From the human T2T-CHM13v2.0 reference genome, Homo sapiens: a stretch of DNA of 64,000 nucleotides. The stretch is taken from assembly GCF_009914755.1 (NCBI RefSeq), contig NC_060944.1; one strand, written 5' to 3'. A model generated the notes under the pieces. That model was not told where the DNA came from. It ran no database searches and saw only the letters and a list, made by a program, of their open reading frames with translations. Both the position numbers and the translations under genes were made by a program. How positions within the stretch are numbered: position 1 is the first letter of the stretch; each line of letters begins with the position of its first letter. Below are positions 1-13,610 of this stretch, in pieces.

Positions 1-1309
1 CCCTGCAGCCAGCCCAGCTCACTTGTGGAAGTGAGGTGGGGAATGGCCTTGAAAGAGCTCAGGGTGCCCACAAGGAAGGCCCCAGGGAGCCCACTTGGAA
101 TCCAGTATCAGAATCAGCTGCTGTCCCTGCACAGGTGAGACGGCCCCAGAGGAGGCAGAGCCTGCACCCGGAAGCCAAAGGTTGAGTAAACTCATCTAAA
201 AGTTGGGAGCAGGTCACAGAGGCCTAAAGGGACGTTCTGTTTTCCAAACCCCAGTGTTCTGGGAAAAGTGCCTGCTCCAGACTGCTTGGGGCAGAGCGGC
301 GGGGCAGGGCTCAGGGTGGACATTGGCAGCAGCCCTGAAACTACCCAAGAAGGACTCTGAGGACAGCCCCAGAGAGACCAGAAAGGAGGCAGGGAAAGAG
401 AAGAAGGGGGCGTTCATGAGGGGACAGCAGGACGTGAGATAGACAGACCTCAAGGAGTGGGCGAGAATGAAGGAGCAAATGAGAAAGAGCCATGCTGAGC
501 CAGCCACTGGGAGATAGCGGAAGCAGGAGGTCCAGGCCCTCACAGGAAGGGTCAAGCCCAGAACAGGGGGGAAAGGGCAATGGGGAAGGGCCTGTGGTTT
601 CAGAGCCTCCTGTGCACCAGGTGCTGTACCTGTGCGACCACACCAGAGCCAAGTTAACAACAATGGTGCTGGCAGCTACTGTGCTGTGCACCCACTATGT
701 CCCAGGCACACTCACATATCTGATCTTCCGTGGTCCTAAGAGGTACATACGATCATTCACTCTGTTTTACGGATGAGGAAACTGAGGCACAGAGAGGCAA
801 AGTCACAGAGCTACAAAGGAGGTTAAACGGGGATCCAATGGCGGGCCTAGCTCTTAACCAAACACTACTACAAGGAGGGGCTGATCGTCTCACTTTACAG
901 AAGAGAAAACGAAGGCTCAGGGAGGCCCTCTAGAGGAGGAGGACAGTGGGAAGCCCACACACGGGCGTGGAGCATCCATTACTCATCCAGTGGTAAGGTT
1001 TCTCACCACACCTTAGGAGGCCAGCACAGACAGACAAGGAAACTGAGGCTCAGAGACGGTCAGTGGCATGGCCTAGGACACAAAGCAAGTTACAGGAAAA
1101 TGCTGAAAGTAGGGCCTAAGACCTGGACCTCAGGCCTCAGCTCTAGTCTTTGCTAGACAGAGGAGTTAAGAAGCCTCTGGAACATCACTATTTTGTTCCT
1201 AAGACAAAGTAACAGCAAAGAGAATTTGAAAAGTGCTGCAGGGGTCAGCTGAGACCATCCTATACCTGCTGAACATGAAAACTTAAGGTCAGGAATCTCT
1301 CTGTGCCAA

Positions 1310-1980
1310 TCCACCCACCCACCCATGCATCCAACCATCAGTTCCCACCAGCTACTACAGTCATCCAACCCCCACATCCATCTCCTAATTTCCCCTCTCT
1401 CCAATCATTCACCCATCCATTCACTCAGTAGTCCAACTGTCCCACTTTCCCTCCCAGAGCCCAACCACTTCGGCAACTATCAACCAACCACTTACCCATC
1501 CATCAACATGCCAACCAATTGGCCATCCATCTACTAATCTCCAAACCTCCGTCACCAACCCACCTTCCCAATTATATAACCACCCAGCCTTCCATCCATC
1601 TATCCATTCACTCAACACACCATACCTGAAGGCCCCAATCTACCATTCATCTAGACACATATCTGCCAGTCTTCATATCCATTTCTCTAACTGCCTGAAT
1701 ATCCACACATGCCCCCAGCTTTCCATCTATTCCTCCATCCAGCCATCTCCTAAACCTCCAAGCATTCAAACACTCATTCACTCACACACACGTCAATTCC
1801 AACATCCGTCCACATTCCTTCCTTCCCTCCCTGCCTCCTTCTACCATCCATTCACCTCCCAAACCCCCAGCCATCTGCGCCTCATCCCGTGTGCCCACAC
1901 AACCCGTCACCACACTTCCCATCACACATGCACCTGCCTCCATCTACCTACTCAGCCAACCATCTACTTACTCCTAGACT
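1310..1980. repeat. Degenerate (CCAT/CCAC)n low-complexity tract
   Basis: Recurrent ccatcc, ccaacc and cattca motifs over ~670 bp. Confidence 0.75.
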
Positions 1981-2156
1981 CTACAGAGCGCAAGAAGCAC
2001 CAGTGAAAGACACAAAGAAGGTGAAGAAACTATCCTGACCCTCCAAAAACTGAATAGTGAAAGAGCTTCGCTCCTCTTGAACCCTCAACTTTTAGAGCTT
2101 AGAATTACAGGATGTGGGTGTCACAAAGAACCTCTCAGTTTCCACAGTCATCTAGA

Positions 2157-2500
2157 CCTGTGCTATCCAATATGGTAGCCACGAGCCACAGGTAGCTACT
2201 GGGCACTCCAAACGTACCCACAACAAATTTAGGTGTTTTGTGAGTATAACATACACACCAGATTTTGAGAACTTAGTGTTAAAAAACAACACAAAATATC
2301 TCTTTAATAATTTTTTTAAATAATAATTACATGTATAATTATAATTGAATAAAATATTCTCATATTTGGGGATCTATTAGGTTAACTAAAATATATTATT
2401 TAAATTCATTTTACCTGTTTCTTTTTACTTTTTTAAATGTGGCTACTAGAACATTTAACATAACACGTGGCTTGCATTGTATTCCTACTAGACAGCACTG
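2157..2500. mobile_element. hAT-Charlie MITE, MER33/MER3-like
   Basis: Begins ctgtgctatccaatatggtagcc, ends gtattcctactagacagcactg (imperfect TIRs); AT-rich interior. Confidence 0.75.
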
Positions 2501-2620
2501 ATGTAGAACAAACCCCTCAACTCACAGGAAAGGGAGGCCCAGAGAGGGAAGTGACAAGCCCAAGGCATCACCTGGAGAAGGCAGCAGGCCAGACCCCATC
2601 CCAGCCTCCTGGCCACTCAC

Positions 2621-2754
2621 CTGGATTTCCGCTTGCAGTAGACGAGAAGGTTGTCGAAGAGGAAGAAGGCCCTTTCCTGGATGTTGCCCGCAGAGATCTT
2701 TAACAAAGTCCCTTGCAGGAGGAGCTGAGTGCAGATGTCTGTGAGGTTGGAACC
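2621..2754 (-). CDS. PREX1: PREX1 exon 7 (134 nt, [45 protein letters not shown], start of PH domain)
   Basis: Acceptor gcttccag|GGT; donor CAG|gtgagt (phase 2); PH motif [15 protein letters not shown]; within ORF 2617..2847. Confidence 0.98.
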
Positions 2755-3077
2755 CTGGAAGCGCAATGAGGACACAGTGAATGAGCCAACCCAGGAACAT
2801 CCCCTTCCTTTCCCAGAGACAGAACCTACTACCACCTCCTGCCACATGCCAAAAACTCTACCAGCAAGTCTGTCAATGGACAGAAAATCAACACAACGTG
2901 ATTAGTGGCTTCTATCTGCTGAGCATGCCATGAAAATCCTGGGGAGGGCACACTGATATGACCGCATGTCCCTTTTACAGGAGAGGGACTTGGGGCTCAG
3001 GGAGGAGTGACTCACCCAGCTCATACAGGTAATAGTAGGTCCTAGTCAACATCTGGGTATATTTTGGTTCAGTTTTT

Positions 3078-3616
<539 letters not shown>

Positions 3617-3802
3617 TAGCTAAGCTAAAGATTTACACGTCAATCCCAAACCTGGTCACCTATGTTGAGCAGCAGGGGAAGGGGTGACAAAGACGTGCAT
3701 GAAGTTCACTGAATGTCAGTGAGGTTCCGGGCAGCGTGGCTGGGAAAGGCATCAGGGAGGAGTGAGCAGACCTTGGAAGACAAAAATTAAGATAAAGAGG
3801 CT

Positions 3803-4092
3803 GGCCGGGCGCAGTGGTTCATGCCTGTAATCCTTTGGGAGGTTGAGGCAGGAGGATTACCTGAGGTCAGAAGTTCAAGACCAGCCTGGCAACATGGTGA
3901 AACCCCATCTCTACAAAAATACAAAAATTAGCCAGGCATGATGGCAGATGCCTGTAATCCCAGCTACTCGGGAGGCTGAGGCAGAGAATCGCTTGAACCC
4001 GGGAGGCAAAGGTTGCAGTGAGCTGAGATAACGCCACTGAACTCCAGCCTGGGCGACTGAGCAGGACTCTGTCTAAAAAAAAAAAAAAAAAA
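3803..4092 (+). mobile_element. Alu (AluS-type), full length, small deletion in left arm
   Basis: ggccgggcgcagtgg...poly(A); perfect 14-bp TSD aagataaagaggct at 3789-3802 and 4093-4106. Confidence 0.96.
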
Positions 4093-4289
4093 AAGATAAA
4101 GAGGCTGAGGGCAGGGATGGGAAGGTCCTAGCTGGGAGGGATCCTTAGAGCCTGGGATCACACAGGTCTCCCTGAAGCCAAGAGGACCCAGGCAAGGGCA
4201 GAGAGATCCCAAAGTCCAAAGAGAGAAGAAAAGAGACCTTGGTGGGCACAGAATGCCAAATGAGGCAGCCCCTCCGCTGACCCTCAATC

Positions 4290-4700
4290 CACGTCCCTCT
4301 TCTGTGATTTTGGGGAATGGAGTCTTCCCTGGTACTTGGCTGCCCAGCCACAGACTACATCTCCCAGCCCCCCTTGTGCCAGGTGTGGTCACATGACTAA
4401 GTCATCACCAATGTGCCTCCCTGCCAGGGCACATCCTCGAAAGAAAATGGCTTTCCTCCCTTTCCTCTTTCCACAGGCTGGGGTGGTGGGATACACTGCA
4501 GCGGGTGGTGGGATACACTGCAGCAGATGGTGGGGCAAGGAGCTGGAGGGAACCTGGGTCCTGGCAGAGCAAAGCTGCCCACCCCAGTCTGACTGTCCGC
4601 CTCTGCACTGCTAATGAGAACAGCGTTGCAACGCTAATGAGCCACCTCCCTGAGGCCGCTGCATCGCTTCCTTACAGCAGTCAACCACAGACTTTAATTA
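4290..4700. mobile_element. Old ERVL-MaLR (MLT1-like) LTR remnant
   Basis: Motif gactacatctcccagcccccttg...ggtcacatgactaag typical of MLT1 LTRs; edges approximate. Confidence 0.5.
4481..4524. repeat. Perfect 22-bp tandem duplication
   Basis: gggtggtgggatacactgcagc x2. Confidence 0.95.
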
Positions 4701-5899
4701 ATACAATAAGGTACAGACAACAGGGTGCCACGGACATTTAGGCCCAAGGAATATTATGCAAAAGCAGTGTTTTAAGGGAGTTTCACGTGACAGACCAGCA
4801 GATTACACTGAACAAAGAAACAAGAAGTGATGTTGTCCCTGCCTGGAAATGAACTTGGGGAGGAGAGAGGGAGAATTATTCACAAAATCTCCTTCCCCAA
4901 ACAGTCAACACCCAGAACCAACATGGAGCTCCTACCCCACTGGGACCTGCTGACTGAATTCTTTCTGAGACCCAGTAAGGAGAACTGGTTCCGGCAGCTG
5001 AGAAGCCAGGCTGTCTGCTAACGGCCTACAAGGGGCTCTCTCGCTGCTGTTAGGGCTGGTCTGCTCTGTGTCCGTGGTCCAGTTGGGTACAACAAACCCA
5101 TTCACTCAACAGTGCCAGAGACCCCTCTGGAGACTGGGGAAGCAGCTTCCTTGTGGTCGAGAGCTGTGCAGCCGGGACAGGAGCCTGCATTCGTTATCAC
5201 ACATCACGGCCTTCGGCTTGGCTGGGGGCCAGGTGGGCATGGATGCTGGCATGCCCACAGGCAGATCTCAGCTTTCCAGTGAGGTAGCAGCCTGCCGCAC
5301 CAAGACTCAGGGCTGTCATGAGGAAGAGCCCCTGGGACCCCCAGCATCCTCGCGAACTCCCTGGGGCTTCATCATGGCCCATGCGCAGCACACGGCAGAC
5401 AACCGGTTCAGCAGACCCTGGAGCCCACGTGCCTCCCCTTCCTTTTGCCTTGGCTCCCTTATGCCCACCCACCAGCTCTTCCAGGCTCCAAAGGGGAAGT
5501 TGAAGAAGAATCTGGTACCTGGCCCAGCTGCCAAGCCCCAAGGTCACACAGCCCTAGAACCCTGCTGCCAAGTCCGTCTCGGGGGACCTAGGAGAGGAAG
5601 TCCGCCAGCCTGGGAAGCTGCCTCTCCAGCCTTGGCCAAGCACCACCTGGCAAACTGCAGCTGAAATGCCGAGCACACTACAGGGGGATACCCCCTCCAC
5701 CCCAGCCCTGCTGAGAAGCCCAGCCGCACTCTTGATCTCCCTGAAATCCTTGAATCTAGGTCAAGGGTGGTGCTAGGGGTTGGATGCACAGGGAAGAGGC
5801 TGAGCACCGAGACATGTGGACCAGTCAGGACTAGAGACCTCCTTCCTTCCAGACATGCACACTCAGCCACGCTGGAGATGACAAAACCTTACACACTCA

Positions 5900-6120
5900 A
5901 AGCCAATACATGCGTAGGGGCGGCCACATGCCACGCACTGTTCTAAATATCTTGTACAAACTCAGCTAATCCTCAGGACAATTCTCATTTTACAGATGAG
6001 GAGACCGAGGCACAGCGTGGTGAAGTGACTTGTTCATGGTCACATAGGTGGTAAGGCAGTGAGGTGGAACTTGAACCCAGACAAGCAGCCTCCACTCCCC
6101 CCACCTGCTCACCTCTAACT
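5900..6120 (-). mobile_element. MIR SINE
   Basis: Core cattttacagatgaggagaccgaggcacag...gtgacttg...ggtcaca. Confidence 0.75.
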
Positions 6121-6329
6121 CAGGCCGCTCTTCGAAGACAACCTGAAGATTTTTCTTTGCGATCGATAGTCTAGAGCAGGAGTCTCCAAGGGGAGAGACC
6201 ATGTCCCACTGGGAGCCCAAAGCACTCCAGGGAGGGTAGGAAAAAAATATGAGAGCTTTTGTACTGATTTTGTTTCCTCACTCCTGTTTCCTTCTCTCCC
6301 CTTGTGGGTGAGGGCGAGTGAGCAGTTGA

Positions 6330-6894
<565 letters not shown>

Positions 6895-7748
6895 TAAAGA
6901 GATCCCACTTTGCTGCCAGGGCTCCTCCTGACATGTATTGGGCGTTTTCTCTGAGCCAGGCACTGCCGAGGACTCTGTAAGCATCAACTCCCCCGTCCTC
7001 AAGTGACCCATGACGGGGGTACTCCCATGATCCTGACTTCGCAGATGAGGAAACTGAGGCAAAGGAATCTCTCCCCACGGAGGGGGTTGTCTCATTCACT
7101 CACTTGCAAGGTATTGTGACACACTGCCATTTCCTTGTGCTCAGCAAAATGGATTCGTGGATTCACTTATCTGGTTTTATCTAAACCAGTCTCACGACAA
7201 ACAGTGGCTCACAAAGGATCAGGGGGTAAAAAACGCACATATGGGAGATCAAATTCATGAATGATGCAACCTCAAGCACACAGCAAGAAAGTGGCCAAAA
7301 CAAGACTCCTCTTGCTCCAAAAACAAGCCCCTTGTCAGACATCTTTCAAGAGAGAGATGACAGCTATCTGATCAGATCAGCAAGAGGTCACACAGAAAGA
7401 TGGGAAAGGATCAAAAGAATATGTCAAATAAAGATGTGCAATCGCATCATTAACATGAACTACCCCCTAAGGCATGCTGTCCTCAGAGACTGTAACCACT
7501 AACAGATAGCATGGAAGCAACTCCACTATTAGACGTCATTTTTTCTAGCTAGAACGTATTATTTTCACAAGTCACCTTGAGGAACAAACTGCATTTTAAA
7601 AACCTTTCTACTTCATAGAAAACAATTTCACGTTTTTCAAAGGACATTCATATTCCACACCTCACTTTATCTTCCAAATGAAACCAAAAAAATAACTTCA
7701 GAGATATTATCACTAAAATTAAACAAATAGGAGAAAATAAGGCACACC

Positions 7749-7798
7749 AGGCAGGACAAACTTACTCGAGGCAGGGCAAACTTACTCGAGACAGGGCA
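7749..7798. repeat. 20-bp tandem repeat, 2.5 copies
   Basis: aggcaggacaaacttactcg / aggcagggcaaacttactcg / agacagggca. Confidence 0.9.
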
Positions 7799-10129
7799 GT
7801 CTATAAGTTACAGGGCTGGGCCTCAAAACCAAGTCCCTGTGCCTCAGCTGCCTCATCTGTAAAATGGGGATAATAGCACCTCCCTTGTAGGGTTGGAAGC
7901 TTGTAACAGGTACTAAATAACTGCCAACAATTCTTATTTTAAGGCACTTTATTTCCTATTGCATCCAGCAACACTGGCCACTGAGGGCCACTGAGTTCTC
8001 AAACTGTACATGTTTAGGGTCATAAAGGGTTTTAGAGACCCTTGGTTTCCATTTGCCTAGGCCCTTACCAGAAAAAAGGCATCTGGAAATCACTTCTGCT
8101 GCAGCTGCTGAGGAGCTTGCTCAATACCCTCTCCTTTGGGGCCCATGTGAGAAATTTCTTTTCCAACTGAGTGCCAGGAAACTCTCTGTCTCCCAGAAGA
8201 ACTGCTCTGCTTCTTCCTTTCCTGACAATATTAGGTAACTTATGTATGTTGCTCTTTTCACCTTGGCTTCCAGGAAACTCAAAACCCATATAGACAGATG
8301 TTTAAATTAGTCACCTCTATTTGCTCTTGAAGTTCAAAGTGGCCATGTGACCCATTTCTGGCCAATGCAATGAAAGGGGACACCTGTATGGGGCTTCTAG
8401 AAAAGGTTTTCCTCCACCAGGGAAGAGATCTCCCCACTAACTACCCTGGCCATGCCCCTGTCTCCTCCGGTTTTGAACACATGGTGCCTGGAGCTGCCGC
8501 CTTCATGGAAGCATGAGAGAAAGAAGAGGCTCACCAGAGACCAAATCAGAGCTCTGACATCACAAGGCTGAGATGAGAGTCTTCGAGGATGCATCCTAAC
8601 TGACGCACCTGAGGATCAGGCAACTTTCAGATGCAGGAAACAGAAACCAAGCCACGTACTTTTAAGCAAAAAGGAATGAGGGGCTTTACTTATTCACTGA
8701 AGGGGCTAGAGGAGCCAGGAATCCAGGCCGAGGGCCCCAGGAAACCAGCCACAATGCAGAACTCACCCACCAGGGGAGCCACTGCCCCTGCCCCAGGTGG
8801 GAAAGGAGAATCAGAACATCACCTGTCCAAGCTCAGGCTCCAGGAAAAGGCTCCTCAGGTGGCATCAAGGATTCAGTAGTTGTTGCCTCAACTGTTAACT
8901 GCAAAGCCATCCCATGGCTGCTACCCCACCAACAATAAAAAAGGAAAGCCTAGGCCATGCATCTGACGCACAGGAAGCTGGCGCCCGGGCCCTCTTCTAA
9001 CGTTACCACGGAAAGCCAAACACAACCATGGCTGTGCTTTGCTGCAAAAATAGCACAAGGGGTGGCCTCCACCCCACTTCCACCTTCCAAATCTCAAGCA
9101 GCTGGATCTGATCTTGGCCAGACCCCAAATCATATCCCAAACTGAAGCCGGGAAATAGAGCTCTTCACTCTCCAGCCTCGGCTGGGCAGGAAGGCCCAGC
9201 AGAAAGAGCGCAGGGGACATGGCAAGTGGATTGACCAATCCACAATATCCACCCCTCCCTGAATGCAGCCCCTCTCCTCTCTGCAGCCAAACCCGTAACC
9301 TCACAGCAATACAGCCTCACATTTAGGATTCCCCAGCACGGAGAAAAGAACTAGAAATCTCAAATATGGCAAGTGACTCCAAAGGCCAGAAAATCCAAAG
9401 GGCCTACGGCATATGATTCACGTAACAATCTCTGCCCAAGAGACTTTCATCTTCCCTCTTAATCTCCTGTTCCAGCTGTATTTACTCTGATATGGATTTT
9501 TTTCATTTATTCATATTTTCCCATTTCCTTCTACGGATTCACAGGAAACCTCTAATAATCTAAGGAAGGCAAGGGGGCTTAAATCCAATGATCTCAAGAA
9601 CCCCATCCCCTAATAATCATGATAGTAATACTAACAGCTACCATTTATTGAGTACCTACTATGTACCAGGTACAGATGAGGATACTGAAGTTCAGAGAAG
9701 TGATGACATTTGCCTAAAGTCACCCAGCAAAGGAGTGTCAAAGCCAGAATTCTGTCCTGGAGTGGACACTAGAACCCGACCCTTGACGTTGGCATCAACA
9801 GCTCAAAGGCCTCCACATACCAGGCAATGCATGAAAGAGAAGGGGTGGGGAGATAACAGGGGGTGGTGGGGACTGAAGGAAACTAGAGGCTCCAGTGACT
9901 ATTTCCATGAGATATAGGGGCCCAGTGTCACCAAGTTTTTAAGAGAAACTTGAAATGCAAATTTGTATTTGGATTTAATTGAAAAATAATTAAGCAATCT
10001 TTTGCAAACACTGTAGGCCAAACAAAATACATTGCAGACTGACAGGTGCCCAGGCCTCAGTTCATGACTGCACCTGTGCACCTCCTGGCCCCCTGCGGCC
10101 CAGGAAGCCCCCTCCTGTCCTGTACACAC

Positions 10130-10291
10130 CTCCCAGCCTTCGATGTGGGACTGCAGCTGCTCCAGGGCTTCCAGCTTCTCCATCTGCCGCTTGGTCTCAT
10201 TGATGTTGGAGCAAACGGTCTTCATGGCCTGCAGGGCACTCTGGACCGCGGGGTGGTCTGGGTGCTTGCCGGGAGTCCTCTTGGCCAGCTC
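10130..10291 (-). CDS. PREX1: PREX1 exon 6 (162 nt, [54 protein letters not shown], aa ~208-261; includes catalytic Asn238)
   Basis: Acceptor ctaccccag|GAG; donor GAG|gtgtgt; within ORF 9899..10333. Confidence 0.98.
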
Positions 10292-10384
10292 CTGGGGTAG
10301 AATAGAGGTGGGGAGAAGAAAGCAAGACATCAATCAATCCAGAGGAGACCCAGGCCAGAGCTGAACCCAAGAAAACAGACAAAA

Positions 10385-10730
10385 ACTCCTCGCCTGGTGG
10401 ACATTACATTCTAGTAAAGGAGATGAGCCAAAGCAAAGAAAACTCAGGTATGGAATCCAATGTCAAGCAGTGGTAAACACTAGAAAGACAAATCAGAATG
10501 AGGGAGAGGGAAGCATTGTTTCACAAGGAGGTCAGGGGAGGCCTCTCTCTGGAGGTGATGTTTGAGCAGAGGCCCTGGACAGAGCAAGAGAGAGAGCCCT
10601 GCAAAAACCCGAGGGGAGAGCCTGCCGGGCAGGGGGCACCGTGGTGCGAAGGGTCTGAGGCGGGCACATGTCTGGTATGTAATGAGGAACAGAAAGGAGG
10701 CAGTGTGTCTGGGGTGGAATAAACGAGAGA
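10385..10730 (-). mobile_element. L2 LINE fragment
   Basis: ggtcaggggaggcctctctctggaggtgatgtttgagcagagg, typical reverse L2 3' region. Confidence 0.65.
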
Positions 10731-12559
10731 GAGAAAAACAGAGAGATCCGCGGTCACAGAGGCGGCCCCAACACTGCTCCTCCCCAGGCCCAGTTTTCTT
10801 ATCATAAGATGGGCATAAAAAATACCCCACCTTCACAAGGATATGGGACTGAGCAAATGAAGTGGCTCTTAATCCATGAGAAGCCCCCTGCCCCCACCGT
10901 TTCCCACTGCCAGCTCACCCCTCAACTCAGACGCAGGCTGGGACATTGCAAAGGCCAGGCCAGTCTTAATCGAACATTCCAGCCAGTAAATGTGATGGGA
11001 GAGGAACTGAGGAGGAAGGGATCAGCTGGGACTTGAGATATCAAGGAAGATTTTTCAGGCCAAATTACCCAAATCACCCAACCGCCCCCGTCAGTCTTTC
11101 ATCCCGAACTGTGCTGGCAGAGATAATTTTCTTTAATCATCTGACCCAGAAACACGCCCAATAGCTCCAGTCTCTCCCCTATGCCCTAGCTCTCTGCTCC
11201 CTCGACGATCCAGATAACATCCCCGCAGATGTGACACTCTTGCATCGTAGTTACGAGCACAAATGTAGGTTCAAGGGCTGACTCTGCCCCTCACTGTCTG
11301 GGTGACCTTGGGCCAGTCCCCTCTCTATCCCGGGCCTCGGCTTCATCATCTGCAAACCTGTGATGATGAGGATGATGGTGATGACGATGACAGCAATTAA
11401 TGTCTACTGAGCCTTCGCCCCACGGTTTTAAGGTGGCTTCTGTTATTAGACCATTTAACAGATGGGCGGACTGAGGCACAGCAAGAAAGCCTAAGGCCTC
11501 GAAGAAGTACAAGGAGGAACTGGGATTTGAACCCAGGCTGCCTGGTGCTGCTCATGGTTGTGGTAAGCAATAAATGAGGTACTGTAGGAAAAGCACCAAG
11601 TACATATATAGTAAGCACTCAATATATGCGAGCCATTAGCATTCTCCTTGCTGTATGACAACACGCTAGCTGTAACTGTGAGCAGCAATTTGCCACAAAA
11701 GGGTATTGTTCTGAGCACTCCCTGGAGTAAACCAACTTCAAACACATCCCTTCTTCATTCACTTATTTTCTGCCCTGTCCGAAAACAAACATCCTATTTT
11801 CTGAAGACCAGGTCCTAAGATTCCCAAGGCCCAGCTGGTCTGCATCATCAGGCCCCTGGGACTTTGCTGAGCTCTTGCCACGCACCCAGGCAATGTGCCC
11901 AAAGGATGCAAAAGAAGGGAGATGGAGCCCTGCTCTTCCTCTGGAGGCCCCAGCAATGAGGCTGGAAAGGCACTTCCCTGGGGGCTTGAGAAAGGCCCAG
12001 AGAGCAGCACCATATCCTGAAAATGCTGGTGATCAATCAAAAGAGAAGCAAGCCCAGAAGGCTTCAGGAGGAAGCAACACAAAGGCAGGCAGGGCACCCA
12101 GGGCCAGCTCTGCTAATGCGGAGTGTATTTCGACTCATTCTTCACTCAGCAAATACTGGCTGAGCAACTGGTGTGAGCCTGAGCTGTGGAGGCTGGGCAA
12201 AGAACAAGATGGTCCTCTGGGAGCTCATGGTCAAGAGTAGACCGGTCAACAAGGTAATGACTATTACTACTACCAACAGTAACAACAGCTAATACTCAGC
12301 AAGCCCTCAAGCTCCTGTCAAGCTCATTTGATCCTCATGTCAACTCTCTATCAGGTAGGCACCATTATTCTTCTCGATTGGCAGATGCAAGACCTGAGGC
12401 ACAGAGAGGTCAGACCGTTTGTCCAAGGTCACACAGCACATCTGAGCCCACCCAGTCTGACTCCAGAGTTTGTGCTCTAAATCCCCGTGCTATTTACGAC
12501 TTTTCAGACAGTTAAGTACAAATACTTTCCTCTCAAATAAATATATAATTTATAGAATT

Positions 12560-12960
12560 AAAGGGACAATGAGTGAGGGAAGTGCCGTGGTCTGAGAAGG
12601 TCTCTCTGGAAAGACAGGCTTGCGAGCGAAGCTTGAATGAGGTGAGGCCACGGGCCACACTGCGTCTGCAGGAACAGCACTCCAGGAAGGAGAAGAGCAC
12701 GTGCAAAGGCCCTGAGGCAGCGAGAAGCAGCAGGGAGGCCAGCGGAGCTGCAGCAGAGCAAGTGAGCGAGAGGGATGGACCACAGATTCAGACAAGCATG
12801 CCAAGGCCAGATCACATGAGGCCGCAGTGGGGTGTTTGGGTTTCCTCCCAAGAGCCATGGGGAGGTGATGGGGGTATGAGCAGAGGCCTGACACCACCTT
12901 CTCACCCTTTAAAGGACCTCCCTGGCTGCTGACAGGAGGATGCACGGGATGGAATGTGCA
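12560..12960 (-). mobile_element. L2 LINE fragment
   Basis: gaacagcactccagg...gcacgtgcaaaggccctgaggcag...ggccagatcacatgaggcc. Confidence 0.65.
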
Positions 12961-13407
12961 GTGAATATAAAGTGGGAAGACCAGTTATGGCTACTGCCAA
13001 AGTCCAGGCAAGAGCAGAGGGTGGCACAGAAGCTCTGTGCCTCATTCACTCCATGCATGCATGTATCCACTCAGCCAGGCTCCAGTGTACCTGGCCCCAT
13101 GTTGGGCTCTCTGTTGTACACAGATGACGGCAGACACTCCCCTAAGCCATCAGCCTGCTTGTAGGCATGTCCACAAAGTTACAATATAAGACCGTGATCT
13201 TATGACCATATTCAGTAATTCCATTCGATCCTGCAAAGCTACCCCAGTCCCAGGTTCCCTGAAGTGGTTTTTGGCATCTGGACCTTTGTGAGGCCAGCCG
13301 AGGCCAGGGAGTGAATGTGGCCAGTCAGCTCCCGGTGGGCAGGGACAGAGGCTGCCAGTTAGTGAGACCCCCGCCCCAGGTTCTACCCATCATCCCTTTC
13401 ATCCAAA

Positions 13408-13610
13408 GCAGGGGTCAAATGACAGTCCAAGGACTGAGTCCAACCCATCACCCGTTTTTGTAAAAAAAAGTTTTGTCGGAACCAAGTATCCTCATTTCAC
13501 TGATATATTGTCAGTGGTTGCTTTTACACTACAATGACAGATTGTATGGACCCCAAGGCCTAAACTATTTACTATCTGATCCTTTAATGGAAAAGTTTGC
13601 TGGCCCTTTG
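13408..13610. mobile_element. MER58-like hAT MITE
   Basis: gcaggggtc...gtttttgtaaaaaaagttttg...ggcctaaactatttactatctg...aaaagtttgctggcc. Confidence 0.65.

Noticed and set aside
5068-5664. 198-aa + strand ORF
   Set aside because: GTG start, no homology recognised, low-complexity composition
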